From: Felis catus
Taxonomy: Eukaryota
Length of the DNA stretch: 64,000 bases
Assembly (NCBI RefSeq): GCF_018350175.1
Contig: NC_058373.1
Location: forward strand, 107,510,001-107,574,000
Direction: 5' to 3'
A program made the translations under genes and the position numbers. Position 1 is the first letter of the stretch, and each line of letters opens with the position of its first letter. Shown piece after piece: positions 1 to 13,636 of this stretch. The notes below the pieces were generated by a model. That model was not told the origin of the DNA, did not search any database, and saw nothing but the letters and a program-made list of their open reading frames with translations.

Positions 1-3
1 TTA

Positions 4-35
<32 letters not shown>

Positions 36-201
36 CATGAGCAGGTGAAGGGCAGAGAGAGAGGGAGACCCAGAATCTGAAGCAGGCTCCAGGCTCTGAG
101 CTGTCAACACAGATCCTGACGCGGAGCTTGAACTCACGGACCAAGAGATCATGACCTGAGCCTAAGTCAGACGCTTAACCAACTGAGCCATCCAGGCACC
201 C
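1..201 (-). mobile_element. CanSINE (tail cut by window edge)
   Basis: (GA)n plus gaatctgaagcaggctccaggctctgagctgtc...actgagccatccaggcaccc. Confidence 0.92.
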
Positions 202-224
202 ATGATCTCTTTTCTTTTGAACTC

Positions 225-480
225 ACTCTAGGGCTCATGGTGACCCTAAAGTTTATATTCTTAGCCTGGATCTCTTCCCTGAATTTCAGTCTCCTATACA
301 ACTGCCTCCATGACATCTCCACTTAGATACTACTATATGTCTCAAATTGACCAAACTGTCTGTTTTTGCAAATGCCAATCTATACCTTCCACTGTTTTCT
401 CATCTCAGTAGATGATAGCATCTTCTTTCTAGTTGCTTAGGCCAAAAGTCTTAGAGTTATGGTGAACTCATTTTTTCCCT
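225..480 (+). mobile_element. L2 fragment
   Basis: gacatctccacttagat...catctcagtagatgatagc...agttgcttaggccaaaa. Confidence 0.6.
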
Positions 481-519
481 TCATACACCAAATGGAAGCT
501 CCAAATGTGAGGAAGTATC

Positions 520-1410
520 CATTCTATACATTTGAAGGTAAAATATTGACACAACATATGAAGACCATGATGAAAAGGTGTAGAGGCTACCATTTGATCC
601 AATAATTGTACCACTTGGTATATACCTAAATGAATTGAAAACTTATGTTGACACAAAAACCTGCACATGATGTTTATAGCAGTTTTATTCATAATAGCCA
701 GAACTTAGAAGTAACCAAGTTGTCCTTCAGTACATGAATGGATTGTGTGGTCCATTCAATGAAATGTTATTCAGTGCTAAAAAGGAATGAACTATCAGGC
801 AATGAAAAGATATGGAGGAACCTTTGATGCATACTGCTAAGTGAAAGTAGCCAATCTGAAAAGGCTACATTCTATACAATTCCCTCTATTTGACGTTCTT
901 GGAACACCTGGCTGGCTCAGTTGGTAGACCATGCAACTCTTGATCTTGAGCTTATGAGTTCAAGCCCCATGTTGAGTGTGGAGCCTAGTTTTTAAAAAAT
1001 GGCCAATGATATGATATTCTAGAAAAGATAGAACTATGGAGACAGTGAAAAGTCCAGTAGTTGCCAGGGGCTAGAAGAGAAGGAGAAATGAATAGGTAGA
1101 GCACAGGGAATGTTGGGGGCAGTGAAACTATCGTATTACACTATAGTAAAGGATACATGTCATTATTTACTTGTCAAAACCCATAGAATGTACAACACCA
1201 AAAGTAAACTCTATGGACTTTGGGTAATGACGTGTCAGTGTAGACTCATCAGTTGTAACAAATGTACCACTCTAGTGGGGAATGTTGATGGTGGTGGAGG
1301 TTGGGCATGTCTGGGGTTAGGGGGGATGTGGGAACTCCCCATACTTTCTGCTCAATTTTTCTGTGAACTTAAAACTGTTCTTAAAAATAAAGTTTATTTA
1401 AAAAAAATTA
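520..1410 (+). mobile_element. Ancient L1 3' end (L1MC-like), interrupted by a short SINE
   Basis: Diagnostic 3'UTR text ggatacatgtcattat...aaacccatagaatgtacaacacca...ttgtaacaaatgtaccactct, ending in aataaag plus an A-rich tail. Confidence 0.85.
900..999 (+). mobile_element. Short old CanSINE nested in L1MC
   Basis: cacctggctggctcagttggtag A-box, gagttcaagcccc B-box, short A tail. Confidence 0.8.
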
Positions 1411-1439
1411 AGTAACAAACTCAGAGGAAAAGAGGAAAG

Positions 1440-2160
1440 AGATAATACAGAGACCAGATGAAAATTTAAAAATACTATATTTAATAGCTCTAAAGAACTA
1501 AAAGGAGATAATGCATTCTTGAAACAAGGACAGGGAGTTATTTAAAGGGTATAATCAGAAAATACAAGAGTCCTAGAAATTAAAAATTAAATTTAAAAGT
1601 AATTTATTATTTGAGTTGAAAGAGCTAAGGAAATTCTTTAGGCAGGGGGATGAGAGGAAGACAAGGAACTTGAAAATGGGAGAGAAAAGATAGGAAAATA
1701 GAGGATCAGTCCCAGAGGTTCAACATGCAAATAAGTGGAATTCCATAAAGAGAGAAAAGAAAAAATATAATGGTAGAAAAATATCAACAGAATAATACAA
1801 GGAAAGTTTGTTTAACTGAAGGAAATTAGTTCATAGATTGAAAGTATCCATTATAATACTTGTAAAATAATTCATACCAACACACATCGTTGTGAAAAAT
1901 CAGAAACCCAGAAAATATCCTAAAAGCTTTCAGAGAGGAGAAACAAACAAATTTCCATACAATGAATCAAGACTTTAATAGCAAATAGCTTTGCAGGAGA
2001 CACTATAAATAAGAAGACTATAAAACAATACCTTCAAAATTTGAAAGGAAATTTTTTCAGTATAGAATTCTATACCCAGCAAAACTATCATTTAAGTGCA
2101 AGGGTAGAATAATAACATTTTCATACATGCAAAGACTCAAAATTATCTCCTGTGCACTTG
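1440..2160 (+). mobile_element. Highly degenerate L1M/HAL1 ORF1-like fragment
   Basis: A-rich, with ORF1-like phrases (gaggatcagtcccagaggttcaacatgcaaata; tagaattctatacccagcaaaactatcatttaagtg). Confidence 0.55.
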
Positions 2161-2371
2161 TACTTAATTAGCAACGGAGTTTGCCGTTTACCAAAGTTAT
2201 GTACTATCAAAGAAATAGGGAATTTAGCACAGAAGAGAAGTAAAGGGAATTCTCAGGACAACTGAGCAGCTGATCTAAGAGCTACCTCCAGATTGGAGTA
2301 GCTTTTTTCACAAAGGCACTGTCAGCTTTCCAGGCCATGCTTGCCTTCAGGATTATAAACATGATGGAAAC

Positions 2372-2574
2372 CCTTTTTCTTTTTCTTTTTCTTTTTCTTT
2401 TTCTTTTTCTTTTTCTTTTTCTTTTTCTTTCTCTTTCTCTTTCTCTTTCTCTTTCTCTTTCTCTTTTTCTTTTAATTTTTCTTTCTCTTTTTCTCTTTCT
2501 CTTTCTCTTTCTCTTTTTCTTTTTCTTTTTCTTTTTCTTTTTCTTTTTTTTTTCTTTTTCTTCTTTTTCCCCTT
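2372..2574. repeat. (CTTTTT)n/(CTTTCT)n polypyrimidine microsatellite
   Basis: ~200 bp of near-pure pyrimidine hexamer repeats. Confidence 0.97.
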
Positions 2575-2964
2575 AAAAGAATCCCTTTCTCATTTGTCTA
2601 TATGGCTCTAATTTACACTAACAGTACCTGAGTAGGTCAGCAGTCAAGCCTGGTTGTCACAAAAGTCTAGGAATCAAATACCAGAATATTGAAACAAAGT
2701 ATTAACAAGAGAAATAAAAGAAAGAAATGGATTAGGAAATTGTGGAGATTAAGGGAGTTAAAATCCAGAGAAGTTGATGTCTGAATGTGAATAGTAAGAG
2801 AGAAGGAGATGTCTAAGGATATCTCCCAGATTTCTGTTATGAGCCACTGGATAATGATAGTGTCCTTAAATGGAGGTAAGAACACAGCAGGAGGCATTGA
2901 TTCAAAGTAAAAATGAGTTCAGTTTTGGATAGGTGGACTTTGAAGAACATTTGACCCTTGATCA

Positions 2965-3263
2965 ACACAATGGCTTATTCATCAGAGCAACCAACTCTTG
3001 ATTTCGGCTCAGGTTATGATCCCAGGGTCATTGGGATTGAGCCCTGCATGGAGCCTCATACTGAGTGTGGAACCTGCTTAAGATTCATTCATTCTCTCTC
3101 TCTCTCTCCCTCTCCCTCCCTCTCTCTCCCTCTCTCTCCCTTTCTCTCCCTTTCTTTCCACCCCCTCTCTCTCCCTCTCCCTCTCTAACGTTCTCTCCCC
3201 TCCCCCTCTGCCCCCTACCCTGCTCATGCTTGTTTTCTCTCAAAATAAGAAAAATAAATAAAT
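2965..3263 (+). mobile_element. Diverged CanSINE with expanded CT-rich segment
   Basis: aactcttgatttcggctcaggttatgatcccagggtc..., CT tract 3090-3220, aaaataaataaat tail. Confidence 0.8.
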
Positions 3264-4404
3264 ATGGACTAGATACAGTAAGAGCTCAGAGGAGGGAGTG
3301 ATTTGTCTTGTCTGGGTTGGGTGTTGAGGGTCACTAAATATTCCTGAAGGACTGAACTGAAATTTGACTAGGAGACAAGGCAAGAGAGAATATTTCATAT
3401 ACAAAGGTACATACTACATATTTTATTCAAGATACCAAAAATAGTTTACTATTACTTGTGCATGAGGTACAAAAGAGAACAGATAGACAAGTGTCACACC
3501 CTAAGGAATTTGGAGTTTTTGCTGAGCCAGTAAGAAGCAACTGAGGTGGTTGAAAAGAGTCCAGGAAGATCCTGGGATTCACTTCTTATTGCCTCCAAAG
3601 AGAATTTTGGTCCCTCCTAGAGCCCACTGGGAAAGAGAACACAGTCTCCTAACTTCCTCTTCCTAAAGTAAGGTTATAGTGCTTTTATGAAGATTTTAAT
3701 TCTTAGCAATGATGAGGATATAAATGAGGGGTAAATGTCTCCTTTGTGCTCCCCATTTTTTTTCTTAAACCCTTTAGAGCAACAATTCTTACAACTGTCC
3801 ATTGCAACACCTTCCTTGAAAAAAAAATTCTAAATGCTCCCTTTTACTATCTGAAATGAAATTCCTGTAGGTATTATACCTCACCTATGGTGCACTGATT
3901 ATTTTGTAACTCTGAATAATACATTTAAATTTTTATTTTTGTTCCATGGAGTTTAGATCGTGTCCCTTGACTCTCTGCCATGTTATATATTAGTGCGGTG
4001 TCCTTTCTCTCACCTGTCATCTCCTATTTCATGCTTTCCATATTTCCCTGCTACACCTTTGTATTGTCAAGGTTGATAGTATTTCCTTTCTGTTTTGTAA
4101 TCACACGTAAGGCATTCATGCTTTATCTGTAAGATAAGTCTAAAGGTTGAAAACTAATGAATAGCATTTATAGGATAAGACTGTGTTAATGTTGTTCACA
4201 GCAGGGCCAAGCAGTATACTGGGGCTCTAGAACTTTCTCTACACATGAAATATCACAACCTCTGTGCCATTTGAAAGGAGAGTGTTTCTAGTATTCTAAC
4301 ATTCTGTTTGCTTTTTCTGCATTGAGTTCTCTGAAATCATGCCACATTTAGTGGGTAAATTGACATTTAATTACATATTGAAAAAGATCAGAAGTAGTGA
4401 TACA

Positions 4405-4640
4405 GGGGTACCTAGGTGGCTCAGTTGGTTAAGCTGCCAACTCTTGATTTCAGCTCAGGTCATAATCTCAAGGTTCATGAGGTGGAGCCCCGCATTGGAC
4501 TCTGTGTTGACAGTGCAGAGCCTGCTTGGGAGGCTCCCTTTCTCCTTCTCTCTGCCCCTCCCCCACTCCCTGGTGCACCCATACCCTCCCTCATTCTCTC
4601 TCTCTTTCAAAGATAAATAAACTTAAAAAAAAAAAAAAAG
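4405..4640 (+). mobile_element. CanSINE
   Basis: ggggtacctaggtggctcagttggttaag... poly(A); degenerate TSD GAA.TA.TGATACA. Confidence 0.92.
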
Positions 4641-7600
4641 AACTAATGATACAGTTGCATAGTAGACACTCAGTAAATGAATGACCTGCACAACACTATT
4701 AGGGAGAAAAAGGCAAGAGGAAAACGATGGAAAGCACAAGAAAGAAAAGAATTTCAAAATAATAAGTGCATTGCAAATGGCCAAGTTTCTGAAAGTTGAA
4801 CTGTATTTGAATAACTCATGTCCCTCAATCCAGATCCAAAGATAATATTGCTGCTGCTGAAACTTGGGCTTTGTACTGTAACCAGAGTTTATTAATTGTC
4901 CCATTTCATTGAGGAAAAAATGCAAAGCAGACAGAACACTGGAGTAACTAGCTGGAAATATTCCATGACTTTATGGGAAGCAGCTTTCCAAATGATTCGT
5001 GTGGAGGCCAAACTCTTGGTCTAGCCAAAATAGCACTAAAGTGTGCCTGATGGTACATTAAAGAAGAAATTTTCCCCCAATTTACTTGTTAAGATTTACA
5101 GCCTTTCTGCCTCCTCAAAACATAGCATTGATTTCTTTAATATCAAAAAATAATTTCCTAAAATAGATTGCTAATGACTGCTTTCAGTTATTTACTTAAG
5201 GAGGATTGGGCCAAGGACTGCTTATATGGTTTCCTGTAAAAGACTGAATTAATTTTATAATTTTCATAATTAATGTTATTCCTATTTTGTAGAATATGCT
5301 ACTAATGTGACTGGTCATTACCACATCTTATTTTGATATCTCTTAAAACATTTTCACTTTATAAATAAGATATTAAAACATCGATCATATGAAAGAGCAG
5401 AAAAATGTACCTTATTTGTAGACCAAATGGTAATAATTAAATTACTAAACACCAGAGAAATTAAAAGTTGCAGCTTAAATAAACCTTATCAGATATTTAG
5501 TGGAGAAAATGAAACTATTCGGGGGGGGTGGGGGGTATGGTTTTTAAAATTCCACCACTCCATTACAGTCATTGTAGAATATTTGAATTCCTACCCAAAA
5601 CAGTAAGATAAAGAAGACTACACAATCATTGTTACCAGTTTATAATTCATTCCCTTCTTTTATGTTTTTTACTTTATAGATCATATTCTAATCCAATTGT
5701 TTCAGTCAATATTGACATTTTTCATGTTATAAACATAGTTTTTAACGGCTACATATTACTCTATCAGGTATACTTAACTATAATTTAACCACTTACCATC
5801 GTTGAACATTTAGGTCATTTTTTTTTTTTTTCAGTGTAAACCTTGCATATAATGTTTTGTCTTATTTTAGGGTTATTTCCTAAGATGCAAAAACTCCAAG
5901 GGGTCCATTGTTATATTTTAAAGGTCCATTGTTCAAACTGCATTCCCAAGGTCACACCAGTTTACACTGTAACCAGCATCTTAACTGCCCAAATGCCGGA
6001 ACAGAACTTTAAAAATATTTCACTAGGGTTGTTTTGGTTTATCAGTTGAGATGATCCAGAAAACCATCAAAAAGAGAATATGTAGAGATAAAGCACTTGG
6101 CTGACTGTGTACATATTTTAGTAAAGCCTCAATGTTAAGCCAGAAGCCATTATTCATATCCGTGATGTCTTAGACATGGGAAAATGCTTCTAATTTTTGC
6201 AACATAAAAGAAGTATGATGACAGTGACAAAACCGAATGGCTAGCCAGACATGCTGATCTGAAAGATAGAGTGAGGATTTGAACATTGTACTCAGTTTCC
6301 ATTTAGACGTCTCAATGTTTTTCATTCTGAATTTGGGAGTTTGCTGTATTTAGACATATTTTTGTAAAACTAGAAAGTAACAGAGAGCAAGTTTGAGATT
6401 GCTAAAATGTATGCCACTACTGTCAGAGGTTGCGATTACATTTATCTTTATTGAGCTATTAGTTTGATTATATTTTCTGTAATAATAAAGGTTGTGTTGT
6501 AATATAAAAATTAAGAATAAGTGTTTAATTTATTTAGGTAATTAAAATACAAATTCTTTTTGGAATCTTACAGTGTTACAACTTTTGCTTATGGGAAAGT
6601 TACTTGCTTTTCATGTTTACTAAATATGCAACCTATACTTGTTTTCCGCTGTTCAAAAGTGAAACAAACCTTCAACTTTTCGATCAGTATCATCTTGATA
6701 ACTTGCTCATTGACCGAGAAACTCTACATAGGTCATTCTAAAAGCAAATTATTCAATATATTCCCATTTGTGACCCTGAAAAGCCTCTTTGCTTTAAATT
6801 CTTAGAAGGGAAGTTTTTCTTAAGAAAGAACGGATAATTTTAACTATAACATAAAAGAAGGGTGCTAAAATTGAACAACGATGCTCCTTTAATCTCATGC
6901 TTCAGTGAGAGATCAGAGCCCTTCTGGAGACTTGGTTTACATACACATAATATTGAACCAAATTACCTTCTCAATGTCAAATTAGATAGAAGCTAACATT
7001 TAGATAGTTTTTCTGGTTTAATATATATACACCTAGACTTTGGAATGTTAAATTTAAGAAATAACCCTATATAACATTATAAATATTTTAATAATTTGTT
7101 TAGGAAAATTAAAACAAACTAGTAAAGATTTATTGATAAAAATAATTATTAATTTTTGTGATGCGGTACCCTTTAGAATATGTTTATATGGAAAAAAGAA
7201 TTTTGGCATTTCACATAGGAGGAAAAGTTTCCAGTTCTTAGTTTTGTAACTCTGCTTTTTAATTTTTATGTTCTAACGTATATCCAAAATCTACCCATGT
7301 GAGATTATTGTAGAACTCTTTCATTGTTAAAGCATAAAAGTTCCTACTTATACACATTATATATCCCAAGTTCAAAACTAAATTCTTTGTTCACTGTGTT
7401 TAGCAGTCTGAAAATAGATGTAAAAAAAACAGCTGTGACATCTAAAAAGTTTCTAAATTCTTTGATCAACTCTGATAATAGATTAAAATTAAAAATTTTA
7501 ATTTTGCAATTAAAAATGTTTAAGTTTTTGTTCTTAATCAGTACAACTTATTTTTTCAACACTTTTATTTTCTTTGTGATTTTGTAGTCATAACATGTAA

Positions 7601-7755
7601 AAGTCATACATGGTTTTTAAAACACTTAACCTTACACACCTGGTGGTCTTTGTGTATAAAAGTACAGCGGAACTTTTTGTTAGTGACAATTGAAAGAAGA
7701 CTCGTGTGTGTCTTGAGAGAATATATTAAAACTTGGTTTAAGAAATGGTGAGCCC

Positions 7756-7958
7756 GGGCACCTGGGTGCCTCATTTGGTTAAGTCCGACTCTTGATTATA
7801 GCTCGGGTCATAATCTCACGGTTTGTGAGATCAAGCCCCTTGTGAGGCTCTGTGCTGACAGTGTGGATCCTGTCTGGGATCCTCTCTCCCTCTTTCTCTG
7901 TGCCTCCCCAGCTCATGTTGTCTCTCTCAAAGTAAATATACTTCAAAAAAAAAAAAAA
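7756..7958 (+). mobile_element. CanSINE
   Basis: gggcacctgggtgcctcatttggttaag... poly(A); degenerate TSD aaatggtgagcc/aaatgctgaacc. Confidence 0.92.
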
Positions 7959-8453
7959 ATGCTGAACCATGTCTTTGACTCAATAGGAGATGTTGCTGTA
8001 CCAAGACTTAACTATCTGCCAGTCTGCTTCTTTTTAGTGTAGGCACTATAGAATTAAGCACTTTTCAAACTATAGGATTACACAAATGTTTTTACTTCTC
8101 TTATTTTTACTGGTGGTGTCATTAGTTAGAACATGAAACTATATAGGCTAAGGACAAATTTGGTTCTTTTTTGAGCCGTTTAATTTTCATCTTTTCTGTG
8201 ACCACATTTCTTGAACGTGTGGACTGAAAATGTAATTTTATACCCTTTATACCCTTTTATGATGAAAAGAGAAAGTGTATGCCCTACTAATGATGGGTAA
8301 GAAAAAGTTGAAGGTCTCGGAAAGTATGATAGAACTTTCATACTTTATCTAACCTTATTTACATGTGCAGTTTTCAGAAATGATTGCCAATGAAAACCTA
8401 CTCTTGGTTAGTGTAGTATGCAAATAGTGTGTAGGGAAAAGAGAGGTTCTTCT

Positions 8454-8645
8454 CTTTTTTTAATGTTTATTTTTGAGAGAGAGAAAAAAAGGAGGGATGG
8501 AGCAGAGAGAGAAGGAGACAGAGGATCCGAAGCAGGCTCTGCGCTGACAGCACAGAGCCCAACATGGGGCTCGAATCCCAAACTGCGAGATCATGACCTG
8601 AGCCGAAGTCAGATGCTTAACCCACCAAGTCACCCAGGTGCCCCT
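8454..8645 (-). mobile_element. CanSINE
   Basis: ttttttaatgtttatttttgagagag...agtcacccaggtgcccc. Confidence 0.92.
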
Positions 8646-8920
8646 CAGAGAAGTGGGGTTCTTCTTGAGTAATTAGTGTGTTTGAACTAATGCAGCCTGG
8701 GAGGTGGTCAGATAACCTCGGGATTTGCTAAGTTCTACTTATTGTAAGAAGACTCCATCCTTAGAGACTGTAAGTTGTCAAAAGTCCCTCAGAAGTGGTT
8801 ACTTCTGCTTTAAATTTAGTGTGACCATCCAGTAGCTATAAGGTAGTAGTGGAATAGCTTCCTTCCTTCCCTTTAAAACTTGGCACACAACTAGTTTTGT
8901 GTAAAAGTAAAAAATTATAA

Positions 8921-9049
<129 letters not shown>

Positions 9050-11261
9050 TAATTAAAAGAGACAAATATATCCAAGAGAAAGAAATTCAGGGGAATGAAA
9101 GGAAATGAAGGAAGACAGAATGGTGGGAACAGGAAGAGAGAGAGAAGGAATCTCTCTTTCTATGTGCTTCTGGAATCAATAAATTTAACACTTAAATCTA
9201 TTTTTCACCCTAATGAAGGAGAGGGGTGATGTGAATAATTTTAAAATTGTAACAATGACCTGTTTTAAGTTTTTTTAAATTAATTTTGGCAACATTAACT
9301 AATCTTCATAAACATAGGGAAAAAAAGCATAGAATTAAGATTATAGCATGACTATAAAACTAATCATTAGATTATATCATTTATAAGCTGAACAATGCTA
9401 AAAGATTATATAGCTATTCCCTCTTTTATAGGTGAGGAAATTAAGGCCCAGAGAAATGAAGGGGCCTATTTGTCCACAGTTACTTAAAGCTAGTATTACG
9501 TTGTAGAACTTCAGACTCTAAATCAACTGCTCTTCTTCCTCAGAATAGAAATAACAGCAATATTAATTGAGCATTGACTTGTGATAGGCATATTAAACTA
9601 AACTGAGAGGTAGAGAAAACAATGTCTTCTTCCACAGATAATCAGGAGTTAAATATTTTTGTTAGTTCTGTAGTACTTTATTTCTGAAGATCTATCGTGC
9701 TTCGAAAACCCATTTTCATGTGGGTTGCAAATAGGACTTTTTCTTTCCATTGTCAATCTGTTGTTTATGTTTTTTGTTTGTTTATTTTGTTTGTAATCTT
9801 AAAGGATACAGTATCTGTAGATGGCCAAACCCACTTCTAAGAAGTGAAAATGGGAGGAAAAAGATCTAGCTATGTAACAGGGGAAACAACCCTGGATTTA
9901 CATTCACATTAACTTTGTTCTTAACATACAAAAGGGAATATCTAAATCATGCTATGTAGTCTCATAGTTTGGACCGCGTCTTAACAACCTGCAGCTTGAA
10001 CAAAATGAAGAGTATGTTACTTTCAGGTAAAGGGTTTTGTTAATCATCCTAGTACCAGTTTCTCTTTCCTAAAGGTCGGGATGTTTGGTATAGTCATGGT
10101 CAGTTTCCTGCATCCACTTTAACCAAGCGAGAAGAAAATGTTATTTATATAAGAAAACTCTTATTAATTTAATATGATCTATAAATATGACTCTAAGCAT
10201 TATCACTGTTATTTCACTCTAGTATTTCCTGCATTCCTTGAATAGCAGCAGAGTCTAAAAAAGCATGGACTATTGGGAGTCCCTTTTTCCTAAAACTCTA
10301 GATAGTTGCATTATCATTATGTATGCACTCAGTCCTTAGTAGGCAGGTACATAGAGGATTCTCTAAATGAGGAGTTGTTGTTTGTTTGCTTTTTTTATAT
10401 TTCCTATCCACCTCCACAATTGGGTTCAAACTTTCCTATTTCCTTCTTTCCAGATATGATACAGATATGGATATGACATAAGATAACATTGCTCTGAGAA
10501 TTAAATATTTTTAAGTTTTTTGGACTTTTTAAGAAATATTTTTAAAATTGTCTATAAATCCATTTATTTGCTCACCAAACAAATATTTATCAGGTCAATA
10601 CCATCTGCCATGCACTATACTGGTATACTAGTAGGCTATGAAGACCTACATAGGTAGACAGACATACTGACTTTCTAGATCTTAAGTGCTTAAATGCAGC
10701 CAAAAATGGAAACATAATCATGAATAAGTTATATTCTTTTTTTGAAATATATTAGTAGAAATCCAAATTTCATGTATGACTGGCAATAGATACAAATTGC
10801 ATATGAAAAATAGTGTGCAAAAGTTCAAAATATCCTTTTCACAAATAACTGTGAGGTTTTGTAATTTTTAAATGGGTTGATACACAAACTTTCTTGTGGA
10901 CATGTTAGAGTGGCAACTGCTACATCTTCAAAGACACCTGTCATTAATCCTGCTCTGCGAACCTCAAGTCCTCTAGGGTTTCCAGGATAGGCAAATGCTG
11001 TGCCACTGTTGGAATTTCTAGTAGAGGTGAGTCTGAAAGGTGATCTGCTCCCAGTCCACGAACTGAGTTATCCTACGTAGCTAGTCCACTCTGAGCATAC
11101 ACTGGGGGGTACAGATCCACCAAAATTCATGTGATTGAAAGGCCCAAGTGGAAGCAGAATGTTTCATCATTTGCTCTGAGTACATCTGATTACTAAGAAT
11201 AGATAAAATGTCTAGAGTTCCCCAGGAATCTCATCAGAATCACAAGCCATCAAGCCCTACA

Positions 11262-11560
11262 AGCTGAACTTCGTCCTTAGGCATATTTTGTTTGGCTTAA
11301 ATTTTTTTTATGTTTAACTAATTGCCCGCTAAGAGTTACGAAATTTTGAAAGAATTCAGTTTCTGACTTTCCTTGAAAAATTAAGGGAATGGAGAAGATC
11401 TAGCTACATCGGATTCACTTTCTCACATGCCAACAACTGGCCAGAGCTCAGTAGTAGTTGCCCCATTTTGAAAGGGGAGGAGTTCTCCAATAGACTGTGG
11501 TCTTCACAACCTTCTGTTGTCTTACACTGAGCCCGCTCTATATTAGTGAGTTTGAAATAG
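11262..11560. mobile_element. hAT-Charlie DNA transposon relic (MER102-like)
   Basis: cttgaaaaa...agatctagctac...acatgccaacaactggccagagctcagtagtagttgcccc...ttgtcttacactgagcccgct resembles the recalled MER102 consensus. Confidence 0.6.
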
Positions 11561-12119
11561 TTTGCTTAAAATTTCAGGTCTGGGATGTGTGGGCTCTAGA
11601 GTTTTCTGCTCTAGACTTTTTCTGGGACAGGATGTCCCAGGCCTTGGTGTATGCCAAGCCGGCACACTCAGAAGACTAAATCATTTCCTTTTATGCAAAA
11701 CAGCATCGGCCCAGCACACCTCAAGCTGTCGCAGTCTACCTCTTAAAGCAATGTCACGTTCTACCTCCTAAGGCAGTGAAAAGGGGAGAAGGAGACCAGA
11801 TAGATTTAATTTCAATTTTTTGGTACTTTGATAACCACCAATTACTAGCTCTTTAACACTTTTAACTGTTTGAAAATGACTGCCAAGAAAATTTTCAAAA
11901 GCATTCTTTATAGTAACCGTGGAACTATTAAAGAAAGGCTTTTTATGTGATGATAATTCGTTTTATGTATTACAAATGGCTGACAGAATGTATTCTTTTC
12001 GGTTTCTCTTCACTCAACCTCTACATCTGTTTTTTTAGTAATAGTTGTTGGATTTTAATAAAATACTGATCCTTTTCTATTATTTCTTTCATCTTCTGAA
12101 TATATTTGTTCTTTCATAG

Positions 12120-12159
12120 ATGGTGGTAGCAGGCACCATCATAATTCAGAATATTGGAG
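12120..12159 (+). CDS. SLC38A6: SLC38A6 exon (probably exon 5), MVVAGTIIIQNIG(A)
   Basis: ctttcatag| acceptor, GAG|gtaagc donor, 40 nt, phase 0 to 1. Confidence 0.96.
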
Positions 12160-12307
12160 GTAAGCAACTGAAAGTGAACTGCTTATGCATAAATGCGTTG
12201 GAAATGATTTCTTCATTTTGGTTATTGCCCGACTATGGGTCTAGCTGGGAGCCTGAATCTCTGCAGACATAGGTATCTTCAGAAACCCTCAGTGTTGTCC
12301 TCATTAC

Positions 12308-12352
12308 TCTCTCTCTCTCTCTCTCTCTCGCTCTCGCTCTCGCTCTCTCTCT
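12308..12352. repeat. (CT)n(CTCTCG)n microsatellite
   Basis: Read directly. Confidence 0.9.
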
Positions 12353-12754
12353 TTTAGATCCTTTTTATTTGCAGGCCTTAGGGGACAATAGCTTCTAAAT
12401 TTAGTTTCAGGTAAACCCTTAATTTAAATTCTTGTTATTGGGTCTGCAGCACACCTCTAAAGCATTGACTTTCTGTTAGTTGAGATAGTTGTAAGACATA
12501 ATTTGGAAAACTCTTCAGATGATTCTAAACTATTTCCCCTCTACTTTTGTCCTAATTACCCCATTGGCAGATACTGCTTCAGAGGGAGTGATGTTTCTTG
12601 GGCTGTGAACAATCCGGGGTAGACAAGCAATACCGTCTTACAACCAAGAAATTTAAAATGACAAGGTAGTTTAAAAAACAAACAAACCTGAAACAAATAA
12701 GAACCATTATCACATTTACCTTGTATCTTGTTTTCATTAAAAAAGACCCCAATA

Positions 12755-12980
12755 GGGGCGCCTGGGTGGCGCAGTCGGTTAAGCGTCCGACTTCAGCCAG
12801 GTCACGATCTCGCAGTCTGTGAGTTCGAGCCCCGCGTCGGGCTCTGGGCTGATGGCTCAGAGCCTGGAGCCTGTTTCTGATGCTGTGTCTCCCTCTCTCT
12901 CTGCCCCTCCCCCGTTCATGCTCTGTCTCTCTCTGTCCCAAAAATAAATAAACATTGAAAAAAAAATTAAAAAAAAAAAA
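12755..12980 (+). mobile_element. Young felid CanSINE (SINEC_Fc type)
   Basis: CpG-rich, consensus-like ggggcgcctgggtggcgcagtcggttaagcgtccgacttcagcc; TSD AAAAGACCCCAATA. Confidence 0.96.
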
Positions 12981-12996
12981 AAAGACCCCAATAATT

Positions 12997-13200
12997 GGGG
13001 TGCCTGGCTGGCTCAATTGGTTAAGTATCTGACTCTTGGTTTTGGCTTAGGTCATGACATCACAGTTTGGGAGTTCAAGCCTTGTGTCAGGCTCTGCCCT
13101 GACAGCTTGGAGCCTGCTTGGGATTCTCTCTGTCCCTCTCTCTTTCTGACCCTCCCCCACTCACACTGTCTCTCTCTCTCAAAATAAATAAACTTAAAGA
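12997..13200 (+). mobile_element. Older CanSINE in tandem with the preceding one
   Basis: ggggtgcctggctggctcaattggttaag...aaaataaataaacttaaag; CpG-depleted. Confidence 0.93.
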
Positions 13201-13574
13201 AAAAATCCCAATATTGAGAACCATGTAGAAATGAAAGTTACTGTTAATTATAGACAGTTACTGACTAAATGTATTAAACATTTCAATCCAAAATGGAATA
13301 TTTTCTGTCCCTCATTATTCTGTCTGATTACTAAGAACCATCACATTTTGTTTAGATTAGGTCGAATTATTGTTTGCATTTTATGTAGAATTTTCAATCC
13401 AGGAATTTGGATCTAAATTTGTGACCCTGCCAAAATGCCTGCTGTTATATTCTTGGTATCCTTCATTTTGATCCTTTCCTTGTTCTCTAATCTTGTATCT
13501 ATTATTGTATATGATATATTTTAGCACTTGTTATTAGATATGAAGTTATTTCTGTGTATGCTTTTCTCCCTTAC

Positions 13575-13579
<5 letters not shown>

Positions 13580-13636
<57 letters not shown>

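Noticed and set aside
2337..2576. FL/SL-repeat hydrophobic ORF
   Set aside because: It is the translation of the hexamer microsatellite.
12579..13016. Recurring peptide GQRETEHERGRGRERGRHRI... in several ORFs, resembling a gene family or CRISPR-like repeat
   Set aside because: It is the antisense translation of dispersed CanSINE copies; there is no repeat-spacer periodicity.
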